Of a stretch of 64,000 nt of DNA, positions 51,871 through 64,000 are shown piece by piece; position 1 is the stretch's first letter, and each line of letters opens with the position of its first letter. Source of the DNA: Octopus vulgaris (taxonomy: Eukaryota); assembly GCA_951406725.2 (NCBI GenBank), contig OX597815.1, forward strand, positions 77,314,001-77,378,000, written 5' to 3'. The notes below the pieces were generated by a model, which searched no databases, had not been told where the DNA came from, and saw only the letters and a list, made by a program, of their open reading frames with translations. The translations under genes and the position numbers were made by a program.

Positions 51871-52873
51871 AATACAGCCTCTTCTTTTATACACAGTTGT
51901 TGAAATCTCTTCCACTCAGTCTTCTCTGTCTGCACGCCTGTAGTCCATCATTCATCACACTGCCTTTACACATTCAGTGAAACATAGTCCCTTCATTTCT
52001 TTCTACCGTATTCAGGACTCATGTCTTGCCACCATGTAATACTACACTTTGTATACAAGCATCATACAATCATACAATCTTTCACTCAGAGAAAGAAATT
52101 ATTTGTTGGCAATAGACAGTACCTGAACTTTTTCTAAGCTTTCACTACTGCCACCTCAATTGCTGATCAGATCACCTATGTAACAAGCAGATGCTGTCAA
52201 CAGTTTGGGTGTTCTTGTTATTCTATATAAAGTCTTTCACTGTCAGCCTACTAGAATTAATTCTGTATAGTAGACTGAGGTGCAGGCATAGCTGTGTGGT
52301 TAAGTACTTTCTTCACAACTGCATGGTTTTGGGTTCAGTCCCACTACATAGTACCTTTGTCTTCTACTATAGCAATGAGCAGAAACTGGTGTTTGTGTCT
52401 CCTTTGTCTTGACATTGCATGATACTTATAAACAAGTAACCATATCTTACAAGTGGTGTCAGTCATTTCTGCTGTTCGTAAAAACATTTCCAACCAATAG
52501 AAAAATATTACCTTACTTAGAAACAAGTAAGGGTTGGTAATGGAAAGGGTATGTGGTCATAGAGAATCTGTCTCAACGAATTCCATCTGACCTATGCAAG
52601 TTTGAAAAAGTGGACATTAATGATGATGATGACAACTGAGGTCCTATCTAGATAAAGACATCTTTTATATGTTTAACGCCACGGAAACCAGAGATAAGTA
52701 CTACTGGCTCAATATACTACAAAAATTTGAAAAAGAAGTCATTTCATTATATAGGTAACCCAGTAACAAACATTTTATGAAAAACTTTGGTAATTGATAA
52801 TTATTATTTTCACAAACAAAATATACAATTTAAAAAAAATTTCTTTTAATTATTCTTATGCTTTCTTCTACAG

Positions 52874-52924
52874 GCAATGATTCGAGGTGACCTTGAAATC
52901 CTAAAAGACTGGTGTTATGAGGCT
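52874..52924 (+). CDS. TIMM44: TIMM44 exon 12
   Basis: AMIRGDLEILKDWCYEA; CTACAG acceptor, GTGAGT donor. Confidence 0.96.
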
Positions 52925-53434
52925 GTGAGTAACTTTTATTTCCTGTTTTCAAAGATTTCAGTGCTTGATATTTTATGAAATTTGTTAAATAAATACACAA
53001 GACTTAAAAATAATCCATCTGATAATTTAATGGAATCATCTATCTCATCTTCTTTATTCATCTTCATCATCACCATTTAATGTTTATTTTCCATGCTGGC
53101 ATGGGTTGGATGGTTGATAGGAACTTGTGAGCCAGAAACCATGCTAAAAATGAGGCTTACAAGTGAGCTGTGGTCCTTTGATCAATCCTGGAGTGCTACT
53201 ACAAATCGTTTATGCCAGCATGGACAAACAAACATGATGATGATGATGATAATGATTGTTCTGTCCTCCCACCCTAATTTTCTAAATTATTTGTGCATTT
53301 CATTACTCACTGACTCCCACTTCTCTAGAATACATATAACAACTGTTAGTTAGGATTAACGGGGAGATATTGGTTTACCTGAGTTCCTTTAACATTCTCT
53401 GAATTTATATAATTTTTATTGAAAAATTTTGTAG

Positions 53435-53524
53435 CCATTCAACACTCTAGCTCATCCCATCAGACAGGCCTATGCTGCTGGTTACAGGTTTGATTCTCGG
53501 GTTCTGGATATCAACAACATAGAT
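53435..53524 (+). CDS. TIMM44: TIMM44 exon 13
   Basis: PFNTLAHPIRQAYAAGYRFDSRVLDINNID; TAG acceptor, GTAAGT donor. Confidence 0.95.
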
Positions 53525-54511
53525 GTAAGTACTTTATGAATTGATATATCTATAAATTAATATTATGTTATTGGTTTATTATTAATAATTTGGCAGAAGT
53601 TACAGAGACTCAAGGGCCAAGAATTTTGTTTATTGGCAGTAATCAAACTTTGATAAGTGCCAAACCCTTTCAAGTCACTCTGAAACTTCTACTGATTATT
53701 GGTAATAAAACAATATATGTACTCATATGATTTCTGTTCTCTTGTTTGTATGATCAAACCTATTATGTCGTTTGCTAATTTTAAAATCATGAGCTTCAGT
53801 CCATTGACTGTCCATCCTTAAATGTTTACACATAGATGCACCCAACTACTTTGTTTAGTTTAATGTGTATACTTCTCGACTTGTCTGGTTGGCTACAGCT
53901 GGTAGTTGATTAAGTTTAAATGCAGCATTGCTGTGTGGTCAAAGAAGTGCTTGTTGCAGCTTTGTGGTTTTGGATTCAGTCCCTCTCCTTCCACCTTGGG
54001 CAAGTGTCTTCTACTGTAGCCCCACCAACCAAAGCTGTGTGATTAGCTTTGGTCGGCAGGAAGTGTAAAGATGCTCACTTCCTTCATGTGTTTGAATTTC
54101 CTTGTATTGACACTGTTATCTGCATTTCCTCCATGAAAACATGTTTGGCCATTGTGCCGTTTGTGCTCAGTTAAGGGTTGGTGACAGGAAAAGCATCCAG
54201 CTCTACAAAATCTACTTTAACGAATTTCATCTGATCTATGCAGGCATAGAAAAGTAGATGTTAAAAAGATAAGGATAATGATGTTGACATCTGTAAAGAT
54301 GTCAGCCTCTAAATTTAGATGAAGCAAGTTAATATGAATTAGCTGTTTAAGGATATTTTTTTGCTGTCAAGATTAGCCATTACTACAATGTAGAGACTTA
54401 TTATATAGAATATGGCTATCTTGCACTATATAGACTAGTAAAGTTACTTTGGATTAACGTTCTTCTGTCTCTCTTACACTTTCTCATGTTTATGTATTTT
54501 GTTTTCTTCAG

Positions 54512-54622
54512 ATTGCTGCTGGGAAGATGATGGAACAAGGTCCTGTACTTATCATTAGCTTCAACAGCCAACAGATTATGGCAGTAAGGAATGGTCAAGG
54601 CAATATTGTTGAAGGAAATCCT
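54512..54622 (+). CDS. TIMM44: TIMM44 exon 14
   Basis: IAAGKMMEQGPVLIISFNSQQIMAVRNGQGNIVEGNP; CAG acceptor, GTAAGT donor. Confidence 0.96.
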
Positions 54623-54850
54623 GTAAGTGATTAAGTTTCTTTGTCTTTACATAAGTTGTTTCATTAGTCATTCCATTGCAAGGGAGAGAACTGTCTTGCC
54701 AATAATAAATATTAGTTTTTTTCGTTGTTGAAATAATTTTGAAATTGCTTTGAGTGTATCTTATATAATGAATTTTTTTTCTGTCTCACTTTTCATCTGT
54801 GGAGTCCTTAGTATTCATATCTAACTATAAAGTTTTTAATACTTGTGTAT

Positions 54851-55940
54851 ACGAGTGGCATTCCAGAAGTTTTCCAACATTTTCAGGAGTGACATTTATT
54901 AATTTCAAAAAACAAAACTCTAATCTCCTTCAAAGTAGGATCCTCTGACTTCAGTGCACTAGTCATAGCACTCCAGCCACATCATGAAGGCCCCATGCAA
55001 GTCCGCCAAAGTGAAGGTCTCCAGGATCCTTGTCACAGCCTCCTTCCTCTTCTAAACAACTGCTCCTGAAGTTCCCATTTAACTTGTGGACCAGCCAAAA
55101 GTTACCAGGTGTTAGGTCTGGACTGTTACTCTTTTACTTGTTTCAGTCATTTGACTGTGGTCATGCTGGAGCACCGCCTTTAGTCAAGCAAATCGACCCC
55201 AGGACTTATTCTTTGTAAGCCTAGTACTTATTCTATCGGTCTCCTTTGCTGAACCGCTAAGTTACGGGGTTGTTATCACACCAGCATCAGTTGTCAAGCG
55301 ATGTTGCGGGGACAAACACAGACACACAATCATACACACACACACACACACGTATATATATACATATATACGATGGGCTTCTTTCAGTTTCCATCTACCA
55401 AATCCACTCTCAAGGCTTTGGTCAGCCCAAAGCTATAGTAGAAGACACATGCCCAATGTGCCATGCAGTGGGACTGAACCTGGAAGGGAGATTGAGGGTC
55501 AGTAAGATGCCCATCTCTGTTAAGTAGTTGGTTATCAGGATGCTCGTAACCAAGCACCTTGAGAACAAATTTTGCACATGTTCTAATCTCCACGAATAAT
55601 TCTGCATACAGTTGCCACACCAACTCTAAATTGTATGCTTATTGCTATTATAGACACAAGACGGTCTTCACCCAGAAGATTGCAAATTTTGTCTCCCAGC
55701 TCATATGATCTAACATCCCTCTCCATCCCACACTTCTCATTGTCTCTCACCTCCTCTCTACCATCCTTGAACCTCTTGTGCCAGTGGAAAACAGATGCTT
55801 TTGTCCAGTTTAGAACAAAACTTTTGCATAGCGAGCTTCCAAATGATCCTGACTTAATTCTGAAAACTAGTCAACTGTGACAAACAGTATTATGTAGGGC
55901 GAGTTCAAAGTGCTGTTGCAACCATCTCCTAAAAGTTGGC
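54851..55940 (-). mobile_element. Decayed mariner-type transposon interrupted by a SINE (~55125-55480)
   Basis: TA-CGAG terminus at ~54851, minus-strand WLECYD.CT...GSYFEG C-terminus and CAKFVLKVL (WVP-like) remnant; right boundary approximate. Confidence 0.6.
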
Positions 55941-56611
55941 AGGTCAGCTTATTAGCTGTATAGTAATGATATACTAAAATTACAATAATCAAAGACAGTT
56001 ACAAATCTCAAAACTTTTGGTATGCACCTCATGACTTGCAATTTATTTGGCAGTTTCTCTAAAAAGCAGAGTTGACCTTGGTGGGTTTTAAGCTCAGCAT
56101 GTAATGAGCTGGAAGAAATGTTTGTAAGCATTTCGCTTGACACAAAATTAACAAATATTTTATATTAGTTTTTACCATGCTAATTTGTTTTGGAGATATA
56201 TGGGGTATTTATGTGTATTTGTGGCTTTGCGTTTTGCTTTCCTGTGAGTATATATAAATATTTCATTTATTTCTATTATTGTGTTCTGCTGAAAACAGGA
56301 GAGCCTTTAGGCTAATACAGAACCATCTATGTTATTAAAAATTTCCATTAGATTGTTGCATCGAATTCAACATGTGTGTTTGTGATTTCTTTGAGTGGCG
56401 AGACAATTTAGCATCTATTTCTCAGTATATAAGCTAGAAAATTTTTCTAAGCCCTTATTATAATTATACATATAATTTTCACCTTAATTGGTTTCATTTT
56501 ATATGCTGGCCACTGATAACATCTTTTTTAAATAGTTTTATCCTCTATTATTGCTATCAAAAAATATTTTTTAAAAACCCTTTAATACTTTCTTTTTTAT
56601 TGCTGTTTCAG

Positions 56612-56731
56612 GATCAAATTCTGCGGATATTTTATGTATGGGCATTGTGTCGTGACCAAGAAGAACTTGATCCACGAGCTGCTTGGAAATTAATGGACAT
56701 TTCTGCTAGTTCTTCTGAGCAGTGGTTATAA
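56612..56731 (+). CDS. TIMM44: TIMM44 exon 15 (terminal)
   Basis: DQILRIFYVWALCRDQEELDPRAAWKLMDISASSSEQWL*; TTTCAG acceptor, TAA 56729-56731; AATAAA candidate at 56865. Confidence 0.96.
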   Translation, partial: DQILRIFYVWALCRDQEELDPRAAWKLMDISASSSEQWL

Positions 56732-58559
56732 CATAGGACGTTAGTGTTTCTGTTCTGTAAATTAAGTAATTACTGCCTCTTGGTAATCCTACTTCAGAGT
56801 CTATCTAATGCCAAGTTAGTTAGAATTCTGTCGATAGTCACAAGCGTTGCTGCCAAAAGATAAGAATAAACTAAAAAAACAAACAAACCAAAGATAAGTA
56901 TGGAGTATAAATAATAAAAAACAACAGACTGTCTTTCTTGAAAATTCTGTGATATTTTGTCTTTCATACTTGTTGGTCAAATGCTATAGATTTAAACTTT
57001 TTTTTTCTTATCATAATAATACAAAGAGACTATCGTGAAGACAAAAATGATTCTAATGGATTATACCATGTTTATCTGTAACTTTTAATTACATTTAAAT
57101 AGTGTGTGTGCTCTTAGATGCCAATTAAATTAAGATTTAGCCTATGTTCGAAACAACTATCACAGTATTATCGAGATATTTTGTTTGGTTTGATTTACGT
57201 ATAAAGGGGAATAATTTTGTGTGGCTTAAATGAGGGGAAAATTAATGGTGATGAGAATGAATCGTGTTCGTTACTGAAAAAATATCCTTTCACAGTCCTG
57301 TATTAAAAAACTTTTAACTTGTTAGGTTGTTGTTATTGTTTAGTCCCAGGTTGGCTCTGAAGCAGACTTGTAATTCAAAGATTTTCCAGTTGTGACCATC
57401 CTGACATACATCTAGGGGTAGATTATTTTAATTTGCCTATTTTTAAAGTCAGTAGAGAATTATTCGTGTTTTTGTCCATGCATTGCCATCTTGCCCTGAC
57501 TTTGCCTGATAGTTTAAATGCAAGCTGTGTCTTGTTTCCAATCCTCTTTGGAAACATGTCTGGTCATGGGAAAATATTACTTTACTTGGAAATAGGTGGA
57601 GGAAGGAAGGACATTCGGCCATAAAAAAAGGGCTTCCACAAATTCCATCTGACCCATGTGAGCATGGAAAGTGGATGTTAAAACAATGATAATAACTTGG
57701 CTGCTTTTTGTAGTAGTTCGAGCAATTGTGTGGAAGATTTTCTAATTAACTCATTATGTTGTTGATTGAGCAAATCTTTAATATGAGACATTCCAGCCAA
57801 GGCCATGATTTTAGAATTACTAACAACATTATTGAATGTGTACTTGTTTAACACAGTAGAGTTTGATTTGAGGAAGCTTTGGCTGTTATTTCTAGCAGGC
57901 CTAGTGACAAAGAAGAGACTCTGTCATTGGTTCATTGGCATTTTGTTTACAATATTGACTTTGCTCCAAAAATAGCTCATTTTTAATTTTCAGAAAAATT
58001 TGGAACAAAATTTTTTTAGGATTTTGGTTTAGTTTTTTTGTCCCCCCCCCCCAATCTTTAAAAACATCTTTACAATAGTGAGATGAGGAGAAGGTAATTT
58101 TCAGTTTTCTTCTTTCTAGAACCATTCCTGATGTAGAAGTTCTGTTGATTTTAATATGTAAATCGTAATGAAGTGTGTGGGATATTTTTAGCTGAAGTTA
58201 CTGTTGTTTAGGCCCTGTTTTGTTAATGTTATGAACAATATAGAAATTGTTACTTTATTAGACTCGAGTTTATGCCAGTACAGACATATTTTAATTGGTT
58301 ATTTTAATATGCAGAGTATATTCATACTATTTTGAAAATGTGTTTGATAGAGGGTTAAAGAAATGAAAGGAGAACTACATAAAGGGAACTAACAGACAAA
58401 GAAAATGTGGGCTGAAGGGATGAAGGCCGATGTCAGGATGCTGACCATCATGAAGGAAATGACCAAGGAAGCAACTTGCTGCAGGACAGTGAAAGCCTGT
58501 CCACTCCATACAAGCATGGAAAAATGATTGATAAGTGATGAGAATGTTATAGGGTACAT

Positions 58560-58841
58560 CAGTGGTTCCCAAACATTTTTCTGGCTGCTACCCCCTTGGC
58601 ACCCTGGCCACAAACCTAGCACCCCTACCCCAATTCACCACAACAAATAGAGGCCACTTTCTGCAGTAAATTCAAAACAGCTGTATTTCACAAATAAAAC
58701 TTAACCTAATCAACCCATTTTTTTGTTGTTTTTACATCCCTCTCCCCCTTTTGGCTACCCCATTATTGCCTCTCTTCAATGCACCCCTCAATCTTTCCAC
58801 TGCCCCCAGTGGGGCAGCACCACCCACTTTGGAAACCACTG
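58560..58841. mobile_element. hAT (Charlie-like) MITE with perfect 8-bp target-site duplication
   Basis: GGGTACAT at 58552-58559 and 58842-58849; termini CAGTGGTTCCCAAA and TTTGGAAACCACTG. Confidence 0.92.
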
Positions 58842-60955
58842 GGGTACATTCTTGTACATCCATTCTTCTTTCATGTTAGCATAAATCAAATGATTACTAA
58901 TTTTAAGTTATATATTATTGAAGCAAATATGTTGTACTTTAATGCTGTTTCTGTTGCTAATTGCTTGACCTAGTGAACACTTAGCCATTTTGTTCCCATA
59001 TTTCTGTTGAGGTACTCTATCTTTGTTTCATTTAATTTTGAAAATAACAAAGAATTTAGTAAAATAACTTTGTCATCATCAAGCTGGCATTTGGGACATA
59101 ACAAAAGATTATGATGGAAAGTTTTAATTTAGATTACTTTAAGACAGAAGTTTGTATCATAGTATCAGGGGTTTTCTCAGGTGGATGAATATCAAAAGGG
59201 TTAATTAGTGGAACTAAGTGAAGTAAAGTCATGTCTAAGTTTAATACAATGGTTAATAGTAAGAATTAAACTACTGGTCATGTGGTTATTAACCTTGCAT
59301 GTTAATCTTGTGTATTGCTCTACATTCCATAATACACATACAAGTGGTGAAATGACACAATTATAACACATTTAAATAAAATGCTTTGTGATATTTATTC
59401 TGATACTCAACTTCCCAAGTTCAAATCCTGCCAAGATTGACTTTGTCTTTCATCCTTTCAGAATTCTTTCAGAGTCAATAAAATACATTCCAATCCAAGT
59501 CAGTGGAGTGGTGGAACTGTGAGAGGATATTTCTTCCGGCTCTTTGTGTTCTGAGTTCAAATCCTGCCATGGTCTACTTGGGTAGTAGACTTAATCTATC
59601 ACCTAATTTAACTCCAACACTTGTTCTTAGTACCTTTAGCAGAGTCTATTCTCTTGCAAGCAGTCGCATCAGGACTCTTGTTTGAGGATACTTTCCTCAC
59701 ACCTGATTAAAAGCAACCTGGTCAAGATCATCCTGACTTCTGTGATACAAAGTACCTGCTTAAAGTGATCTAAATTAAAACTTTTCACCAAAATTTCATG
59801 TTTAATTCATGTTCTAAACTCCAATTTAATAAGAACAAAGTTATTTTACTAAATTCTTCATTTTTATAATTGAAGCAAAAGCAATGTATTAAAACAAATA
59901 TGGTAACAAAAGGATTAAAGTAAACACACTAACATGCAATCTCCGCTCTTGCATACTACATCTGATTCCTTTTATACCCAGTTTTTCTCTTAGTTCATAT
60001 ATATATCATAGACTCTCTTGTCGTTAGATAATGTATGATGGTTCAGCAATTTCTTGCTGAACAACCACACAGATGATTTGTTTATAATGACCAAATGTTT
60101 GTGTTCACATAAGCTCACTCCTTCCAATACATCGACATTACCTGTACAGGTGCACTGTGTGCTACATGTCAGATGACAAAATGATCACAGATCAACGTGA
60201 AATGAAGTGCTTTGCTGAAGAACACTATGCAACAACTGGTTTGAGAATCAAAACCATGATCATGCATTTGTGAGTGCAACATCCTAACCTCTAAGCCATG
60301 CACCTTCACACACACACATGAGGGAGAGAGTTGTGTGTGTCTGTGTGAGAAGTTTTGCGTTCCATGATGTTTTTGCAGTAAAGCATTTGAGCAAAAGTGG
60401 GTTATATTGATGTTCCCTGTTAAAAAATTATCATGTAACTTTGCACTTTAGAAAACCAGGAAATAAAAGAAAATGTTTCCTACTTGGGAAACAGATAAAT
60501 GTGATAACAAGAAAGGCATCTGACAGTAAAATAATGCTTCAATGATAAGTATTCATGTAATCCATGCTAGCATGGACAAGCAAGTATAAAATAAACAAAG
60601 AAAATTTTCAGATGATAAACAGAAGAGTTCTAATTCTAGGATGGAATTGAATAACAATATGTATCTTACACAGAATAAAATAATTAGTTGTTAAAATAGT
60701 ATTGAGCTTTCGTTGTAAGTTTTACTCTTTATACACTATTTTTAGGGATTTATTACATAAAGACGGCCCTCATCAGTAACTCTTATTTGAAAAAGACATA
60801 TATTCTGAAAAATTTATATTTTAGTTTGACCAAGAAATCAGCAGCAGCATTTAACATTCATTTTCTATGTTGGCATGGGTTGGATGGGGCAAGTATCTTC
60901 TATTCTAGCCAACCACAGCCTTAGTGAGTGAGTTTGGTTGATGGAAGATATAAAA

Positions 60956-61298
60956 GAGAGATGACAAAGGAATAAATAATTATCTTATCAACTTCATTAG
61001 CTTACTGCTGTTTCTGCTATAAGATGTAGTGGACTCTTAGTTGAGTGCCTGAATAATACCTTTATAAGTTCATCAGAGCCTCGTATATGAAGTGCAATTT
61101 ATTTGGGAAAGAATTACATTTGTGTCCATATAGAGGATGGCATCAACAATGAGAAAGTCAATACAGATGTAAAAAAGAGTATGTCCAAAAAGTAATTAGA
61201 TCCAAATAAATTGCACTTCATATTCAAGGCTCTGATGAACCTATAAAGCATTATTCAGGCATTCAACTATAAGTCATTTATTCCTTTTTCATCTCTCA
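60956..61298. repeat. Foldback (inverted-repeat) element, probably Penelope pseudo-LTR derived
   Basis: ~70-bp arms 61038-61107 and 61201-61269, plus outer arms 60956-60977 and 61276-61298. Confidence 0.75.
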
Positions 61299-61471
61299 TA
61301 TTGCTCTATACTCAGCTAATACTTTATACTGAAACATATGCATATATTGAGCTCTACACCAGATTATTAGTTTTGCAATGCCTAAGTGAAAACTTAAATC
61401 AAAAACTTCCATCGGAAGACACTGGAAAAGTCTTATTTGGAAACTTCACTCAGACACACACACATTCCATC

Positions 61472-62631
61472 ATGATGATGATCATTTAACATCTGCTCTC
61501 CATGCTGGCATGCGTTAGACACTTTGACTGGAGAGCTGCACTAGGTTCCAGTATGATTTGGCATAGTTTCTACAGCTGGTTGTCCTTCCTAATGCCAATC
61601 AGTCCAAGCATGTAATCAGAACCAGATTAAGACCCATAGAAGCCCTAAGCACTCAAAAGGTTTTAGTGTTCCCACATACATATAATCCAGAATATAAACA
61701 ATACTAAATCATAAAATAAATTAAAATGTTTCCAAATGAAACAAAGCTAACAGTAAGATGGGAAAGAATGTTTATTTTTGTATAATTCCACTTTATTTAT
61801 ATTTGAAAAGTTTTCTTCAACTTTCTTTAATTGCAAATTCTTTGAACAGTTCTTCAAAATTAAACTTATGTAACACATCTGCTTCCCTTCTTAGTGAAAA
61901 TAAAGCATCCAGCCTGCCTTGTTGCATAGTTGTTTTGATGAGATTTTTAATATACTTCAACTGAGATAATGAACGCTTAGCTGAGCAATTTGTGACCATT
62001 AATGTTAAAAATATACAAAAGGTAATGTCTACATTTGGAAAGGCACACTCAATAATGTTTATTTTAGCAAGTTTAAAACGATTTCTAATGTGCCATAAAT
62101 TATTTACAATTTCTGTGGTGCCCACCCTTCCCTCAATGCTCTAAACACATGCTTATTTTGCTGAAGGGTTAATCCAGTGCTGAGTGTAATGAGTGCTTTT
62201 CACGTGGCATTGGTACAGATGTTTTTTTATGTGCCACTGGCATGGGTGTCAGTTACATGACTCCGGCATTGGCCACAACTACAATTTCACTTGTCTTGAT
62301 GAGTCTTCTTGAGCACAGCATATTACCAAAGGGTTTGGTCACTTTTCATCGTATCTGTGAGGTCCAAAGATCATGCTTCACCACCTCGTCCCATGTCTTC
62401 AGGGCCTATTTTTCAACAGAGTACTTCACACAGCTGTCCTCATCCATACACATCACATGACCATACCAGCGCAGTTGTCTCTCTTGCACATTATATCTGA
62501 TGTCTCTTATGTCCAGTTTTTCTCTCAAGACACTTCTACTTTATCATACATGCACACTGACATTGCACATCCAGCGAAGCATACTAGCTTCATTTCTTTC
62601 AAGCCTTCACATGTCCTCTGTGGTCACAACC
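61472..62631 (-). mobile_element. RTE 3' fragment interrupted by a hAT element
   Basis: RTE tail at ~61480-61615 resumes at 62183; LRWMCNVSV and WYGH remnants; ends at (TA)n(CA)n. Confidence 0.82.
61617..62182 (-). mobile_element. Deleted hAT element retaining the C-terminal dimerisation domain
   Basis: FPNVDI...IFLTLMVTNCSAKRSLSQLK.IKN...TTM.Q.RL motif; termini CAGAACCAGATTAA and TTAATCCAGTGCTG; degenerate 8-bp duplication (CA/AG)TGTAAT. Confidence 0.82.

Positions 62632-62716
<85 letters not shown>
62632..62716. repeat. (TA)n(CA)n microsatellite
   Basis: Direct observation. Confidence 0.95.
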
Positions 62717-62720
<4 letters not shown>

Positions 62721-64000
62721 GAACAATTAAGATACACATAAGTATAAATTAATAGTTCCTATGTATATTTCAGCCTTGGCAATTATTTGGAATCCTGCAT
62801 TGGATATTTCAAGTGCATTTTGATGCCTAACTGCAATGGATCATCAGGGAAATGCTTTATTGCATTCTTTTACAGAGATCTAATATCTGAAGTCAGACAC
62901 ACACACACAATGTGCCTGTGTATATATATCCCTTTGACTTCACCTCATGGTTGTAAACGAGTATCACTGTCATACAAGCGATGTTTGTTTCTAGTTTGCT
63001 GACAGAAACATGTCTGGCCATTGGGAAATAATAGCTTGCTTGGAAACAAGTGAGGGTTGGCAACACGGAGGGTATCCACCTGTAGAAAAATTGCCTCAAC
63101 AAATTATGTCTAATGTGTGCAGACATGGGAAACTGAACATTAAATGGTGATCAGATTGATGTACAAAATTTCAGAACCAATGCTAAGATGAAAAAAAAAA
63201 CATGTTAAAAATCATTTTTTTTTCAACTGTTTTATATGAATCTTCCTTAAACTCTTTGTTCTGATACAAATTCTATGTTTTAAATTATCTAAATTAAAGC
63301 CTGCTATCAAAATTTCATGTTAATTTATATTCCAGATACCAGCTTAATAATGACAGCTATTTTTATAACTTAGTTCATCAATTTCAAAATTAAGTGAAAC
63401 AAAAGCAATATATTTCCACATAAACATGGTTACAAAAAGGTTAATGAACAAACAGGAACTCTGTTGTTTTGTGTATCTATTCTGTCAAGATTTTATACAT
63501 TGTGTAGTTGAGTTGTTAATATACTGAAATTGCTTTTAAAGATTTAAAAAAAAATTGATAATGGATGAATGATAATTTAAATTGTTTTCATTCCAAAGTA
63601 ATCACTGAGATAACTAACATATGAAACGTAAATAAATTACTATTAAAGATAATGAAGAGGTAGATAAGAAATTGAAAATAAATGATAAAATTTTAAGAGG
63701 AAAATAATTCCAAAAATTACCGGCCATTCTAAAAAGCTGTACTTAAATTTTAGAAATCTTATCTTGTTCCTGTAAAACAGTAACATATGCAAAACACTTC
63801 ATTTATGTGAAAATGAAATGAGCCTGAAAATAAAATCAATATTATTCTTGATTAAAATAATAGAAAAAGATAAGAATATCTTAAAAGTAAATTATGAAAA
63901 CAGTAACAAAATAAACAAATAATCAGTAAAGTAATTTTCAGAAAAGAAATTTAATACTAAATGAAATTCATTATCATCATCATCACCTTCACTATCATTA

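Noticed and set aside
60700-60785. Minus-strand CTGATGAG..CGAAAG motif
   Set aside because: No stem II or stem I pairing can be drawn

Overview
AT-rich, repeat-dense eukaryotic genomic DNA with spliceosomal introns. The repeat complement (RTE LINEs with (ATG)n tails, tRNA-derived SINEs, R4/Dong and CRE LINEs, Helitrons) looks like an octopus/coleoid cephalopod genome; this taxon call is inference. Three housekeeping genes can be reconstructed by hand: (1) the large first coding exon of AFG2B/SPATA5L1 (AAA+ ATPase) on the minus strand (5794-6891), whose downstream exons I could not find in the window; (2) a complete 2-exon MRPL54 (17698-20297, +); (3) a complete 15-exon TIMM44 (28308-56731, +; 1533 nt CDS, 510 aa, all GT-AG junctions in phase). 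The rest is transposon-derived: RTE, R4/Dong, CRE, CR1/L2-like and Penelope fragments, mariner and hAT elements, piggyBac-type MITEs, Helitrons with recognisable termini, SINEs and microsatellites. I found no clearly new protein-coding system. The most unusual non-coding signals are a foldback element carrying a Penelope-type hammerhead-like motif, a Helitron with an apparent intron just after its helicase stop codon, a nested MITE with octamer+CCAAT motifs in its arms, RTE copies consistently embedded in (TA)n, and inverted RTE tails bracketing TIMM44 exons.
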